Shown in pieces: positions 26,288 to 39,800 of a stretch of DNA of 64,000 nucleotides. Made by a program: the position numbers and the translations under genes. Source of the stretch: Camelus dromedarius. Lineage: Eukaryota. The stretch spans positions 25,670,001 to 25,734,000 of the forward strand of contig NC_087437.1 in the NCBI RefSeq assembly GCF_036321535.1. The letters run 5' to 3'. Each line of letters begins with the position of its first letter. Position 1 is the first letter of the stretch. The notes below the pieces were generated by a model. It saw only the letters and a list, made by a program, of their open reading frames with translations. It made no database searches and had not been told where the DNA came from.

Positions 26288-26390
26288 AATTTTGATGCAT
26301 GATGTACAAGAAGAGGTTGAGAAACAGTTTGATGTTAAAGAAGATTTCCCAGGCAGGCACAGCTATGCAAAATACAATAACTGGGACAAG
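26288..26390 (+). CDS. CPA3: CPA3 exon 4 (propeptide/mature junction)
   Basis: aaacag|A; ILMHDVQEEVEKQFDVKEDFPGRHSYAKYNNWDK; donor AAG|gtacag. Confidence 0.93.
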
Positions 26391-26502
26391 GTACAGTATA
26401 AAATGCCAGTGCTTCCAAAAAGAAAAATGTCACCCAAAACATTTGATGTCACTTAGTTTTCTTTTATTCTAATCCCTCAAACATTGGTTTTTTTTTCTTA
26501 AG

Positions 26503-26604
26503 ATTGTTGCTTGGACTGAAAAAATGGTGCGTAAGAATCCTAAAATGGTGTCTCGAATTAAAATTGGAACTACTGCTGAAAACAATCCACTGTATGTTCT
26601 CAAG
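26503..26604 (+). CDS. CPA3: CPA3 exon 5
   Basis: cttaag|ATT; IVAWTEKMVRKNPKMVSRIKIGTTAENNPLYVLK; donor AAG|gtaaaa. Confidence 0.92.
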
Positions 26605-27632
26605 GTAAAAAGAATCCAAGAACTACTGATTCTTACTATTGTTGAAAAATATGAATTTAAAAGTTACAAAACTAGCTAATTTTTAGACAATAAAAAGTCT
26701 TAACCTTCTGAAGAATATATAAGCTCTAGAAATCCATTCAAGAACAGAAGCAGCACGTGGTTTTAGGTGGAACCAAGAAAACCCCTGAATAAGCCATTTG
26801 ACAGACACAGTGGACAAACTCAGACAAGTTTCTCATCCCATATCTTTATTAGAAGAGTTTACGATGTCCCTGGTGTATAAAACAGCTTTCCATCTATTAA
26901 AATCCAGTGAAACTGATGACTAAATGTCAGGAAGAAAGAGAAATTTAAATATTATATAACTATAGGATCCCCATACAGTGAGTGAGGCATTTCAACTCTG
27001 TATTGAGAGGGAATTTCCTTCTATAACCAAGCTAACAATTGCCATTCAGCTACTGCTGGATTTTTGTACATCCAAAGACATTGCTCCCTGAAGCATCCCC
27101 TTAATAACTGAGAAGCCCTTCCTTATCCTGAATCCCCATCCATTCATTCTCTTCAACCACCCAAAACAAATCTAAATTCTCTTCAGAATGACAGCCCTTC
27201 AAACATCCAGCCACTATTTCTCCTCCTCGCTGCAAACACCAATACAAAATCTTTTCCACTCCAGACTAAATACCGTGTTTATAAAGTAAGAAAAACAAAA
27301 GGAAATGGCAGAAACAAGCAACTTTATAATCTATTTCTCAGACCAAAGGATGTTAGCAATGAAATAAGACAAACAATATTGTGACTTTTAACCCTAAAAG
27401 CAACTCGGACACTAAGAAAAATTTTTGAAAAATAGATTATGAAATATATTATGAATTATTTATTTTAAGGATATGCGCCATGGTCCTCCCTGAGAATATG
27501 TGCGTACACAGTTACTCATGCAATAGGAGACAGGTGAAAGAATTGCTTTGAGACTATGAATGAGTTATTGGACAACAAAGGATCAGTGCATGAGTTCATG
27601 TAAAATAATACATCTAATTTATTGTTTTAAAG

Positions 27633-27734
27633 ATTGGGGAAAAGGATGAAAGAAGAAAAGCTATTTTTATGGATTGTGGCATTCATGCATGAGAATGGAT
27701 CTCCCCAGCATTCTGTCAGTGGTTTGTCCATCAC
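27633..27734 (+). CDS. CPA3: CPA3 exon 6 (Zn-binding HxxE motif) with in-frame TGA
   Basis: ttaaag|ATT; [33 protein letters not shown]; donor CAC|gtaagt. Confidence 0.92.
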
Positions 27735-28629
27735 GTAAGTCAATCGGAACATTCACACACTTCTTTGATTGTCAAGCTCCAGCACTATTCCAAGTGGCAA
27801 CACCCCTTTACAAATGAGTACAGTTCCACTTAACTAGAAGAGCCCACATTTGGTGCTGTCAGGAAATAAACGCTCTGGATTTTATTCACCATTGAAGTTT
27901 TTATAAAATTGACACCTTCCTTCTAACTTCTTAAACTCCAGTTGACAGTTCATAAAACTAAGGAAAAAAATTCCCTACAATATGGTTTTTCCTCTAGTTA
28001 TTAATGGAAATCTGAAACTATCTATATATTACAACCTACAAATTTGGCCTTTCTTCAATGAGTCCAAAGCACAGAACTTTAATTCCTGTTTAGATGTTGA
28101 ATTGGCTACACACACACTTGGAATTTTCATACTTAAGATTCTTTTCCAAGAGAAAAATAACTCACTTTAAAAAAAAAAAGTAAATCAATTTTATAAGTTC
28201 GTTGTTTCTCTCGCTCTGTTTCTATTGTATTCTGACTCCTACTATCTTTTAACTTTCTTTTCTGCCAGTTTTTGTATACAACATGCTGCGGGAACATCAC
28301 AGCCCCTTTCAGGGCAAGGATACTTCCACTAGGAATGACTCTGCCAGCAGAACTGACTTATCCCCGCAGTTGTTTGAGTTCTTCCAGCTGAGGGCCTGGA
28401 GCTCTGCCTTCTCAGGCCATAAAGGCACACACAAGACAGGGCTACAGGAAATATCTTGGCTCCAGTACAGATATACGTGGAAGAGATTTTCCAAGAATAA
28501 TGAGAGATTTTAGGTAGCCATAGAAAGTCCTGATAATTAGAGAAATGTCAATCCGATGTGAGGAAAAAAGTTGGTCATTCTAAATAATCTAATTTTTTAA
28601 TAGGGTATTTTTTCTTTAATCTTATTCAT

Positions 28630-28790
28630 TTTTTAATTTTTTAAATTTTTTCATTGAAATATAGTTGATTTATAATGTTGTATTAGTTTCTGGTGTACAG
28701 CATAGTGATTCCATCATCTATATATATATATTCCATCATCTATATATATACATATTCTTCCTCATATTCTTTTTATTACAGGTTATCTTT
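28630..28790 (-). mobile_element. Short L1 3' end, antisense, CPA3 intron 6
   Basis: ttgaaatatagttgatttataatgttgtattagtttctggtgtacagcatagtgattc. Confidence 0.75.
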
Positions 28791-28903
28791 AATCCTACTT
28801 ATAATTAATTCATGAATTCTCCCCACAGTAGCTTATAACTACAGCTTTCCACACAGTAGCTGAACTTTACACCAACAGCTTAATTCTTTTCCTACCCCTA
28901 CAG

Positions 28904-29014
28904 GCAACCAAAACTTGCGGTAAAAACAAAATTATGACCAAACTCCTGGACCGAATGAATTTTTATGTTCTTCCCGTGTTCAATGTTGATGGATATATTT
29001 GGTCATGGACACAG
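28904..29014 (+). CDS. CPA3: CPA3 exon 7
   Basis: ctacag|GCA; ATKTCGKNKIMTKLLDRMNFYVLPVFNVDGYIWSWTQ; donor CAG|gtactg. Confidence 0.92.
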
Positions 29015-29960
29015 GTACTGCTCTGTAATCTCTTATTTGCATTTAGATAATATTATCTACTGAGTTTAATGCACACTGATTGTTATGAATTAAGTTTGAG
29101 GTTTGGTTAAGCAGTTAATTTAATTCAGAAAAGTATATATATTTTAAAATTTCAATTTCTGACTAAGGAAAGCATGATTTTCTGGTTACATAGAGTCCTT
29201 GAAATAATATGAAATTTTTGCTGCTGAAGCTAGAAATGTGGAAAAATGAAATGAAACAGTAATTATAAAGGAGATGTATGTTATACGATATGGCAAAAGT
29301 ATATTCTAGCTAAGAATAGAAGTCGTTTAGAGACATTACAAATATATTGACTTCATAACAACAGTCATTGTATTCCATCAACTTGGGATAGAATTGTGGA
29401 TGGAAAAATTGCATCAAAAAGTAACTAACAATGACACATATATGTCTGTCTTTTAAGAGAATCCTTTATGTCCTGCTGTTGCTAAATACAATTAACTTTG
29501 AGATTTGAGACAGACACTATCACAAAAAGTTCTTTACTGAAAATTATGCTCCAACAGTCACAATCTGACACATATTATACCTGAGTCTGTAAATGGCGAA
29601 AGATGTAATGCAGTTAAAATTCAAATTACAGGTAATTTGAGAACATCATTCATCATTTTCTAATACTGAGAATTAATCAAGTTTTTAAAGCTAACTGAAT
29701 TTTTTATGAAGGCCTTAGAATATTAATATTAAAAACAATGTTTCTGAAAAAAGACAAAAACAACCCACCCAAAAAAGAATGTTTCTGAAAATATGACAGG
29801 TTGTAGGAAAAAGAGATTCTTTTTCTTCATAATCATGGGCCTCAGGTTAACTAGATAAATTTCAAACAAAGCTGTAGATACCTGCAGAGAGAATCTGAAA
29901 TGACCAAACTGAAAAACGCAAACTGATCTGTGTAAATACTTTCATCATTCAATCCTGCAG

Positions 29961-30051
29961 AACCGCATGTGGAAGAAAAATCGTTCCAAAAACCAAAACT
30001 CTAATTGTGTCGGAACTGACCTCAACAGGAACTTTAACGTCTCGTGGAACT
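29961..30051 (+). CDS. CPA3: CPA3 exon 8 (R127, N144-R145 substrate-binding residues)
   Basis: ctgcag|AAC; NRMWKKNRSKNQNSNCVGTDLNRNFNVSWN; donor T|gtgagt. Confidence 0.92.
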
Positions 30052-30997
30052 GTGAGTAGCAGACTGGAGCCCAAGGGAAACAGCTATAAAGAGTGCTTAC
30101 ACACTGTAGTTAGTGAAACCACCTACTTATTTCAGTGAAGATAGGTATAGCCTAAGTGTTAATTTTCTAATCTAAAAAATGAAGGACAATCATCACTCCT
30201 ATAGAAGTATTTTGAATGTTTGGTTGAATAGGAGGAAGTGGAGGTAGGGCTGTTTATCAAATCATCTCTTACTTAATATATCTAGCTCGCTAAAAATCAG
30301 GCACAACCCAGAAATTCAGGTAATCTGAACAGAGGTCTCAGATCCCTCCTCTTTCTGATCTGATAAAATCTGAGAAATACCAGTGGTTAGAACCAACATA
30401 TAGGTAGTTCTTCAGATGTTCAATGAAAAGAAACAACTGGGGGAAAGAAAGTGAAAAGGTTTAATGGAAATGGCAATGATAAGAGAGGCCTGCTACATCA
30501 GATGATACTGCAGTTGCTACACAAATATGACTTTATCATTATTTACATTCAAGGAGAAATCACCACTACCCCAATTCATAAGTTTCTTCTTTATCTAATG
30601 TTGTCGAAAATACCATCTCAGCATCTAATTCTATTCTACTATAATGAATACAATTGCATATATCCCTAAGTGAGACCTGCCTACTGAAACAGATTGAAGA
30701 AACCCATGTTCAAAGCAGGTAATTTATACCAAATCCAGCAAGTTCGAGCTGGGGTTGAGTTGGAACTGGCTCCAGTCCCTGGGCTGCTTCTGATGTATTA
30801 TTCCTGTGACCCTGGGAAATGGAGGGAAAATAAACAAGGCTAAGAATAAGAATATTCAAGTGGGCTAAGTCTGTTATACTTTGAGTTATGTGTACAAAGT
30901 TACTCCGCAGTGACTGTGACACCAGGGACATAAAGGCAGCCCTGTAAACCTGGGAGACTAAAATGTTATAAATATTTTGTGCATCTATGTCAAAAGA

Positions 30998-31517
30998 GGT
31001 AGACTGGATAAAGAAGCTGTGGTATATTTATACAATGGAATACTACTCTGCCATAAAAAATAATAAAACAATGCCATTTGCAGCAACATGGATGGACCTG
31101 GAGATTGTCATTCTAAGTGAAATAAGCCAGAAAGAGAAAGCAAAATACTGTATGAGCTCACTCATACGTGGAATCTAAAAAAAAAAAGACATGAACTTAT
31201 TTATAAAACAAAAACAGACTCACAGACATAGAAAACAAACTTATGGTTACCAGGTGGGGAAGGGGATGGGAAGGGATAAATTGGGAGTTCAAGACTTGCA
31301 GATACTAACTACTATATATAAATTAGATAAACAACAAGTTCATACTATTTAGCACAAGGAACTATACATTCAATATCGTATTGTAACTTATGGTGAAAAA
31401 GAATATGAAAACGAATATGTATGTTCATATACGACTGAAGCATTATACCGTATACCAGAAATTGACACAACATTGTAAACTGAGTATACTTCAATAAAAA
31501 TATATATATACAAAAAA
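30998..31517 (+). mobile_element. Camelid-type L1 3' end, sense, CPA3 intron 8
   Basis: ORF2 C-terminus WIKKLWYIYTMEYYSAIK...PFAATWMDLE, then 3'UTR ending attgacacaacattgtaaactgagtatacttcAATAAAaa. Confidence 0.85.
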
Positions 31518-31581
31518 TGGAGGTAGGGGGCTGTACTGATGGGGGGCAGATTGTGATCTCATCCATCCATGTCCTCTGCAG

Positions 31582-31784
31582 CTTTCCCTTACACCAAAGA
31601 CCCATGTGAGGAGACCTATCGGGGCCCCGCACCAGAGTCCGAGAAAGAGACCAAAGCTGTCACCAACTTCATTCAAAGCCACCTAAAATCAATCAAGGCC
31701 TACATCACCTTCCATTCTTACTCCCAGATGCTATTGTTTCCCTACGGATATACATCAGAACTGCCACCTAACTACGAGGACCTG
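31582..31784 (+). CDS. CPA3: CPA3 exon 9 (third Zn ligand, HSYSQ)
   Basis: ctgcag|[69 protein letters not shown]; donor CTG|gtatgt. Confidence 0.93.
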
Positions 31785-33502
31785 GTATGTAGGAAAAAGC
31801 CTGTGGTTTATGCATTGACACTATTACTGATTTCAGTCTGTTTGTCATTAACAACTTGGGTTATCTTGAAAGAATTTCACTTTTTAAAACTAAAGAAGAG
31901 AACTAATGAAGTTTACCTTAGAGTTAAAATCATAACCTTAGATTAATTTTTCATGTGATAAAAGTATATGGATAATAAGGTGTATATTCCTTTATTGATG
32001 TGATTCTAAGATAAAGCCAGTAGGAAGAAATGTCTAGGCTATCCAGAGTAGAATTCCATTACTATCCAGATGGTTCTGCAGTTAAACAGTTAACATGGAT
32101 CATAGCATAAAACCATACACCGCAAAAGCCAAAGACAACAGCAAAGACATCTGCTATTCTACCCCCGAAACACCAGATTTAAGGAGATCCATTGTATTTT
32201 TCTCCTCCTGATGAACTTGGAAATTATATTAATTCTTTTACTAACCAACGAAAGATATCATGAATGTGAAGCTTCTGCACTAAAAGTACACTCTTTATAA
32301 AACTACGATCCACTAAGCATCCTTTTCCTTTCTATGAAAACAATTTGATCAAGTTAGCTTTAAAAAAAAAAAAAAGTCTGCATATGGCGGATAAATATTT
32401 GTAATTGCTGTAGAAGAAATAAAGCAGATAATGTTCAGTGCCCCAGATCCCATGGAGGCTGGCAAATATAACATGCAGGGACAGCTGTAATTCAAATACT
32501 GCCTCACAGACTTTTTTCTAATCTTTTAAGAGGTCACAATTATCATTTTGACTTCAGCCAACTGTTTCCAGCATTCAATTTTAAGTTTGAGCAGAGATTT
32601 GATTCAGTCATTAAAATCTTCTGTGTATACAACAAAGAAAAACACAAGTAATATGTGGCCTATAAAGTCATTTATTTAATTAATCTAGTTAAGAATCTGA
32701 ACCCATGAATCTGATTAGTATATGCAAAGGTACAGCAATGCAATTTCAATCTATCACTAGGAAAATGGTATTACGGATTAAAAAATTCAAATATACAAAA
32801 CAAACAACTCTGAGTAAAGTAAGTGTCCTTACACAACAGCTAAATTGATTAAGAAAATAACTTTTTTTTGGTTATATACATAATACATATAGACAAAAAG
32901 AAATCTTCACTTAGAGTATAAATATGTTAGTTACTATACTCCATTGAAACGAATTCAAATATTCATTCTCACAGCACAGAACACTAATGTGTATTAAAGG
33001 TGATGAGATTCCACTCTAGAAGAGAAACTCTAATTTAACAGAACGACTTTAAAGAGGAGTCAAAAAATTTTCTTCCCTCTGCATTTCTTCTAAAATCCTA
33101 TGTGGAGAAAGACCTGTGGCAGTGTGGAACCTATGACAACCAACGAAGGAGAGGCATGGAAGAGAAAAATATCTGAAGCCAAAAAATGTGAGAGGAAGAA
33201 TATGTTTTTTGAGAAGGAAAGTCAGAAGACAAAAAGGAAGAAAAGGAGGGAAAGAGGAGAGAGTGTAAATAAAGGGCAGAAACACAAAATGAGATAGGAC
33301 ATTATTGTATATAATTGATTTCACATTTAGAGGGCTTTACAATAACAATAGGTATCTCTTACTGAAAATAAATTTCTCATTTAATCGTTTATTTTATTTT
33401 GATCTTCAAATGACAAATAACCAGTAAGCTGCCTTTTTTAATCCCCAGTAAGGGCATTACATAGTACCCTGTTACTCCACTCTAACTTCTATTTCTCTCC
33501 AG

Positions 33503-33587
33503 GCCAAAGCTGCAAAGATTGGCATCAATGTGCTATCAACTCTATATGAAACAAACTACACCTCTGGCCCAACAGCATCAACAATTT
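33503..33587 (+). CDS. CPA3: CPA3 exon 10
   Basis: ctccag|GCC; AKAAKIGINVLSTLYETNYTSGPTASTI(Y); donor T|gtaagt. Confidence 0.92.
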
Positions 33588-33714
33588 GTAAGTTTCTCCT
33601 ATCATTTGCTATGTCATTTTCCCTAATTCTTTTTTATAGATATTTAAGAAAATTACAGAATTTGTAAATTAGGATTAGAACATCCAGAATTGCTAATTTA
33701 AACTTCAGTTTTAA

Positions 33715-33825
33715 CAGGATGAATACATGTATATTCATGTATGATTGAAAAATTGTTCTGTACACCAGAAACTGACACAACATTGTAAACTGACTACAAC
33801 TCAATATAAATAAACAAACAAACAA
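33715..33825 (+). mobile_element. Short camelid-type L1 3' end, sense, CPA3 intron 10
   Basis: tgtacaccagaaactgacacaacattgtaaactgactacaactcaat plus (aaac)n tail; same family as the copy at 30998-31517. Confidence 0.75.
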
Positions 33826-35797
33826 GAGATTGTATGAATCTAGGGGAGAGGTTCCACCCTTTTGGGAGGATAAGATTTTTCTAGAAACAAATTATATTGA
33901 ACTTTTACAGGGTTACAAGGTCAATGGAAGTAATTATACCAAGACAGATTTACAGTTTAATTCTTCCACCTGCCTGTTTTCACCACCACCACTAACATTT
34001 TATCCTCGCAGGAACTAACAAGAATTAGTTGCGGCAGAGTTAATATATTATTTTTAACCATTAACTTTAAATGGACTCCTTCTCCCTTGGCTTCATTCCC
34101 ACTGCAACGCAGTCTTTTCCTTAGCTCCTGGTGGGAAAATGGGCAGGCCAACAGTTTCAGCCACTTTGATCGTGTAAAACCAGTCTCCTGTCACTCTCTT
34201 CAGCCCTTTCCTGTTGGGTTCAGCTGAAATCTACATGGTGGATTAAGAAAGGAGGTCACAAGGTTCTAGTTTGGGTTCTTTTGCTTTAGTGTCTCAGCAC
34301 CATTTCTTATTCTTCACTGTTTTTAAACTGTCTTTGCATTTTCAGCTATTGACTAAGATTCCTTACAAGTCAGACCCTGTGCTTAGCTTGATTTTCACAA
34401 CCTCAGTTAATCCTCACCACACTTTATGAGGTGGGCAGCACTTGTTACTAGCTTAACTGGGATTCAATCCCAGGTTTTAACAAACCCAAAGTCCACGATC
34501 TTTGCCACTGTGCATACTGCTTTCCTGTTTGGTTTTTGTGGCTGAAATAACCAGGCCTTTCTATTTGCAATTAATACAAAGAAGTTCATTTGGTTTTCAC
34601 CAAAGACCATTAATGCAGACCCTGGGAAATGGGATCATTTCTGCTCAGATCTCACTGAATTTAGTTTGGAAATACTTCAGTAAAAATCATCTTTTCTCCA
34701 AACCATTTCCAAGCTTCAGTTCTCAGGCCCAGACTTCACAGAAAATTCCAATGAAACTGCTTATGAAACATCAACTTCCTAACAAAATTTAATTCCTCAA
34801 AAGCAAGGATAACACTTCAGATCTCCTCTCAGACCGTACACTGTCTAGTACAGGTCAGGGAAGAATAGCAGAATTAATTCCCATAAACCTGCTCAGTGAA
34901 AATAGTGTTCTAACTCGTTCAAAAGGAGTGAATGTGGATTAAAGCCACAATAGAATTAGACTGACTTAGCTGGTATCACTCTCTAGAGCCACAATATCCA
35001 ACAATTTTGGCACGAAGACTGCTGTTTAACTATTAAACATTTCATGCACAATTCACCACCACAAAACACACATGATTATTTTCCATTATACTTTTAGAAT
35101 GTGTGGTTTGAAAAAATAAATATGCGCACATGAATCTGTGGATTTCTTGCAGTAACTCTACTTGGCCAAACTTTATAAACCACTTCCCTAATCCAATCTG
35201 AAAGTATAAACTGTAACTAAAAGTCTACACCCTCAACAATTGCTATGGAATTTGAAAAAGCTTTACTCATCACAAACAACTTCCGGAGCCCATTTATTGG
35301 AGGTCCCATGGCGGAATTGGAAAAATGACTTAAAAAACCAGACAAGTCCCATTCCCAGAGAACTTTAACAGCAATCACCTGTCAACCGGTTGTGTGCTTT
35401 AAAGGGCTGAAGAGAAAGTACAGTGACACAGCTAATCTCCAGCATCCAAATAGATCTTGCTGCAACATAGCCATGCCAGAGATTCATTACACATACAAGT
35501 GGGTGACACGATTTCAAAAAAGATGATATACCCAGCTACAGGAGTGGACCAAAAAAAACACGAGCAAAGTAGAAAAACCAGAGGATAGACCAGAACACTA
35601 CTTTAAAATGGCACCCTACTTAGTGGATACTGAGAAATAGCAGGGCCAGATAAGGCACCCCAATATGATGTATGAGCAACTTCTATACCATAAGCAGGAA
35701 AAACACACAGATATACTTGGTAGCAAAGAACAAAGGGCTCCAAACAGGAACAAGCTTTGCAATGGTAGCTAGGGCATCAAAGGATTATTACTCTCAC

Positions 35798-35801
<4 letters not shown>

Positions 35802-35828
<27 letters not shown>
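35802..35828. repeat. (TA)n microsatellite
   Basis: Perfect TA run. Confidence 0.9.
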
Positions 35829-35837
<9 letters not shown>

Positions 35838-36637
35838 ACTATACATATGATGTATATTTGCATATAATGCAAATTATGTGCATAGTAGAGCTACGCATTT
35901 GCACTGCATCACAGTCATTTAATGAGCAGGAATTTATGGAGCACCTACCTAATAAATAGTCCAGCACTTGGAGCTTTGAGAGACAGGGGAGAAGAGTAAA
36001 GACACAATAACGGCTCTCAAAGGGCTACACTGTAACTGGGAGGAACAGACAAGCAAAGATGACACAGCTCCATGCTATCATGGGTCACTTTCACAATGGG
36101 AGGACAGGAGAAGAGGAATTAGTATTCTGCATAACTGTGTAGTCGTATTTTAAACTTCTTTACTATATTATATTAAAAGATTTTTTTCAAGCAATTCAGA
36201 TTTAGAATTGCCTCTTCCATATGGGCCTGCAGCAGCTTGATAGATGTTCAAAAATTTTAGGAGTGACTGCTTTAATAAAGCTGATTAAATGTTAATCAAA
36301 CATTCATGAGAGGCAGAGGGTAGCAAAGTGGTTGACTTGGTAAGAACAGAAAAAAATAGGAGCACCTCACGATTAAAGTTTAGTCATTCCAATATCCTAA
36401 GTGTCACTTAACAAGCTCCAGGATTTGGGGAAACCATCGAGCACTTACCAATATTTTTATCTCTTTGATTTAATGGAGACAAAAGAAAATGACTGGGGGA
36501 GCATTTTTAAAACCCAAATTATGGAGAGATCTCTGACCTCCAGAAAATATAAGTATGTTTGCAATTTGAATGTAATAAGCAAGTAAGTTAAAACCATAAA
36601 ATCTGAACCAGAGAGTTTCCTAGGAGATGATCTAGTT

Positions 36638-36814
36638 CATAGTTCTTAAGCCTGACTTCCCATTAGCATCATCTGAAGGGCTTTTAAAATATGCACACAA
36701 TCAGGTCCCAACCCAAGAGTTTCAGCTTTCATTAGTCTGTGGGGGCCCAGGCACTTGAATTTTTTTAAAGTAGTCAAAGTGATTCTAAGATGAAACCAGG
36801 CATGAGAACCACTG
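36638..36814. mobile_element. MER5-family hAT-Charlie element
   Basis: cattagcatcatctg...ggggcccaggca...gtgattctaa...tgagaaccactg. Confidence 0.65.
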
Positions 36815-39800
36815 ATCTGAGCTAAATCCCTCATTTATAGACTGTACAGTTGAGACACAGAAAGATTTTATCACTTTGGGGCAGAGCAGGAACAAACATC
36901 AGCATTTCCGGCCACAAACTGTATACCAACTACTTTGCCACAAAGCAGCAATATTAAGATGGAGCAAAAATTGATATTAAAAGATTGTGAAATGCTTATA
37001 TTTGCATATTGGCAGCATATCCAATCCTTTACCATCTTAGAAATAACTGAACATAGTATCTAGTTAGCAAGACTAGCTCACTGAACTGATAGGGACCAGG
37101 GAGCTTACATCAGTAATGTCATCCATATATGCGTCACATCATGAATTAAAAAGTTAATTTTAATGTGCTTTCTTGTTGCCTTCCCCACGTATCAGAACTG
37201 CTAGCTCTGCTCTCCCTTGTCAACTCCGTACTGTTTTCTATACTCTGTACCACTCTACAGTGGTTTTGAAAAGGAGAAAATCAAGCCCTTGAATTTGTAG
37301 CTCACAACACCCAATATGTATCCACTAAAAGACGTTCAAGTTTAGATTATACTAAGGGCAGCAAAAGTGCAAAGAGAATATTTCAGTTTATGCCCATATA
37401 TCTCTAGCTCCTGTTCTTGCTTTAAATAGAATTTTCGTTTAGTGTTGATATAAAAGTGCAGGTTACTATGTTTAATGCATAGCAATAACACTTTTTTAAA
37501 AAAACACACAAGTTAAGTCACCAGTGTCACTTGATGTGGATTTCTTTGGGATGAAACCAGATTGCTAATCAGTTCAGTTTTATTTTGACTTATTTTGACT
37601 GTATTACAGTGAGTTCCCTGCACTTAATGTGCCTTGAAAAGAGTGGCAGATTTTTTCCTATTTTTAATATTTTAAGAAGATGTCAACAAAAAAATTATCT
37701 TGTAAAACTCAATGAAAACTTTTTACTGAGAGGACTATAGATTCACATATGGTAGGCAGTACAGTACAATGATTAGCAGCACAAACTCCGAAGATAGGCA
37801 GCCTGGATTTGATCCCTGACTCAACCACTTCTAGCTATGTGCCCTTTTTTTAAAACTGAAGTGTATTAGCTTACAGGTGTACAGCATAGTGATTCAATAT
37901 TTTTAGAGATTTTACTCCATTATAGGTTATTATAAGATAATGGCTATAATTCCCTGTGCTATATAGTATATCCTCATTATCTATTTTATACATCTAGCTA
38001 TGTGTCTGAGTAAATTGTTTCATCTCTCTGTGAGAAAATTTCTCTCCTGTAAAACAGCAATTGGTACTTAAATCATAAGACTGTGACAGGAATTAGTGAA
38101 ATGAGTTAGCATACATAGAGCACTGAGAAGGGTGCCTGGCATTTAGCAAGTGATTATTATTATATTTTATAAATATATACACATATTTTAGAGGGTACAG
38201 ATGGAGATAAACAAAAAGCTAAGTAGTATGTTCAATAAATTAAGTTGTACAATAATATATTCTTACAAGTAAAAAGCTTTCAATGTTGTATTTATTTTGT
38301 CTTAATATAGGTTTTGTTTGCAAATTTAAGGTTTCAAAGATACAAAAATGGTATCATAAAGGAAAATGTATTACATTCAAAAACATCACACAATTATGAA
38401 AAATCACAAATTACATATATTCTCAATTACCACTATTAATCATCATAAGAAATTTCACATTAAGTAAATTTATCAAAATGAAATACCCATATTCTTTAAT
38501 TCTTTGAAATCACAGCAATTTACTTAACGTCAAATGGAAAGCTGATACAGCTAGAAACTGGCCACATTTACTGAAATGTCTAGCACACTCTAAATCACCA
38601 TGCAAGATGGAGTAAATTTCAGAACAAAGAAATTTGCTAAAAACAAAGAGGAACATTAATGGTAAAAGGATCAATCCACCAAGAAGACATAATGATCCTG
38701 GATGTGTGCAAGCCAATTTCACCTATGATGCCAATAATTTCAAAATCCATTTTCCCAAGCTCTTTCCTGAATGTCTCATTGATGCTGAATATATCCTTTT
38801 GTCTTCCTTCCTTTACCGTTTCTTTTCCCCATCACTATTATGAGTTCCTGTTTCTGTTAATAATCTGTGGGCTTTTTTTTCAGTCACCCAGATTGAAACC
38901 TCAATCATTTGCATCAAATTTCTAACTGTTCCATTCCAAAGTTTTTTACATAGAGCCCAATCAATTCTACTCCCAATGTGGTGTATCTACACTTGTTCAG
39001 GCTTTCACTTCTAAATACTTGCTAGCTCGTCTCTACTTTTTCCAGTTCAGATAACCTGTCCTAAGTACAGCACTGAAATGGCTATAACTGCTTCCCAAAC
39101 AAAACATCTTTCCTGACTTATCAGGTTTTCTGAGCTTTGCCCACAAACTCTTACTGCTCCATTTGTTCCAGTCCAATTGGATCTCATTGGTCTCTAAAAA
39201 TGCCTCCATGCTTTTCTGTCCTTGTAGTTCACTGGCCAGAATGCCTTTCTTCAATCTCCAAATGGAAAAATACTCAAATACATACTCCATCATGAAGGTG
39301 GTATTTCAGCAAGTACTGAGCATGAAATGCCATCCTCCTCACCAGGCATAATCTCCTTCTCCCTTTAAATTTTCATAAAATATTATACCTTTTCTATGGT
39401 ACTTTTATATTCTGCCATGTCTCTTGATTTGCATATTTGACTTCTCTCTCCTCAACTGTAAGTTCCCAAAGACACAATTAGCATCTTCATCGTTGCAACC
39501 TGCACCACCCACCCTCCACAGTGCCAAGGAATGTGCACTATGCATATTAAAGGCTTAATAAAGATTTCTTGAATAATTTTAGAGCCAACCCTATCTCTTT
39601 CCACCAAAATATTCCTTCTCTTTCTTCACTACAGCTTTGAATTCTTGTCTTTCAAACCTAAAATCTTAGTATCAGTTAAATTCATTACTTTTTCTAAAAC
39701 ATAAATAATTTTATGTACAAAAAGTTTTTGTATTATGTAAAGCAAAATATACATAAGTATGTTTATAGTATTATGTACACTTGTACAAATCTTATATGTA

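Noticed and set aside
27690..27692. TGA recoded as selenocysteine or read through
   Set aside because: The position is a conserved Arg, not Cys. I recognised no SECIS in the 3'UTR, the context TGA-GAA is not the leaky TGA-CTAG, and the catalytic Glu is missing anyway.
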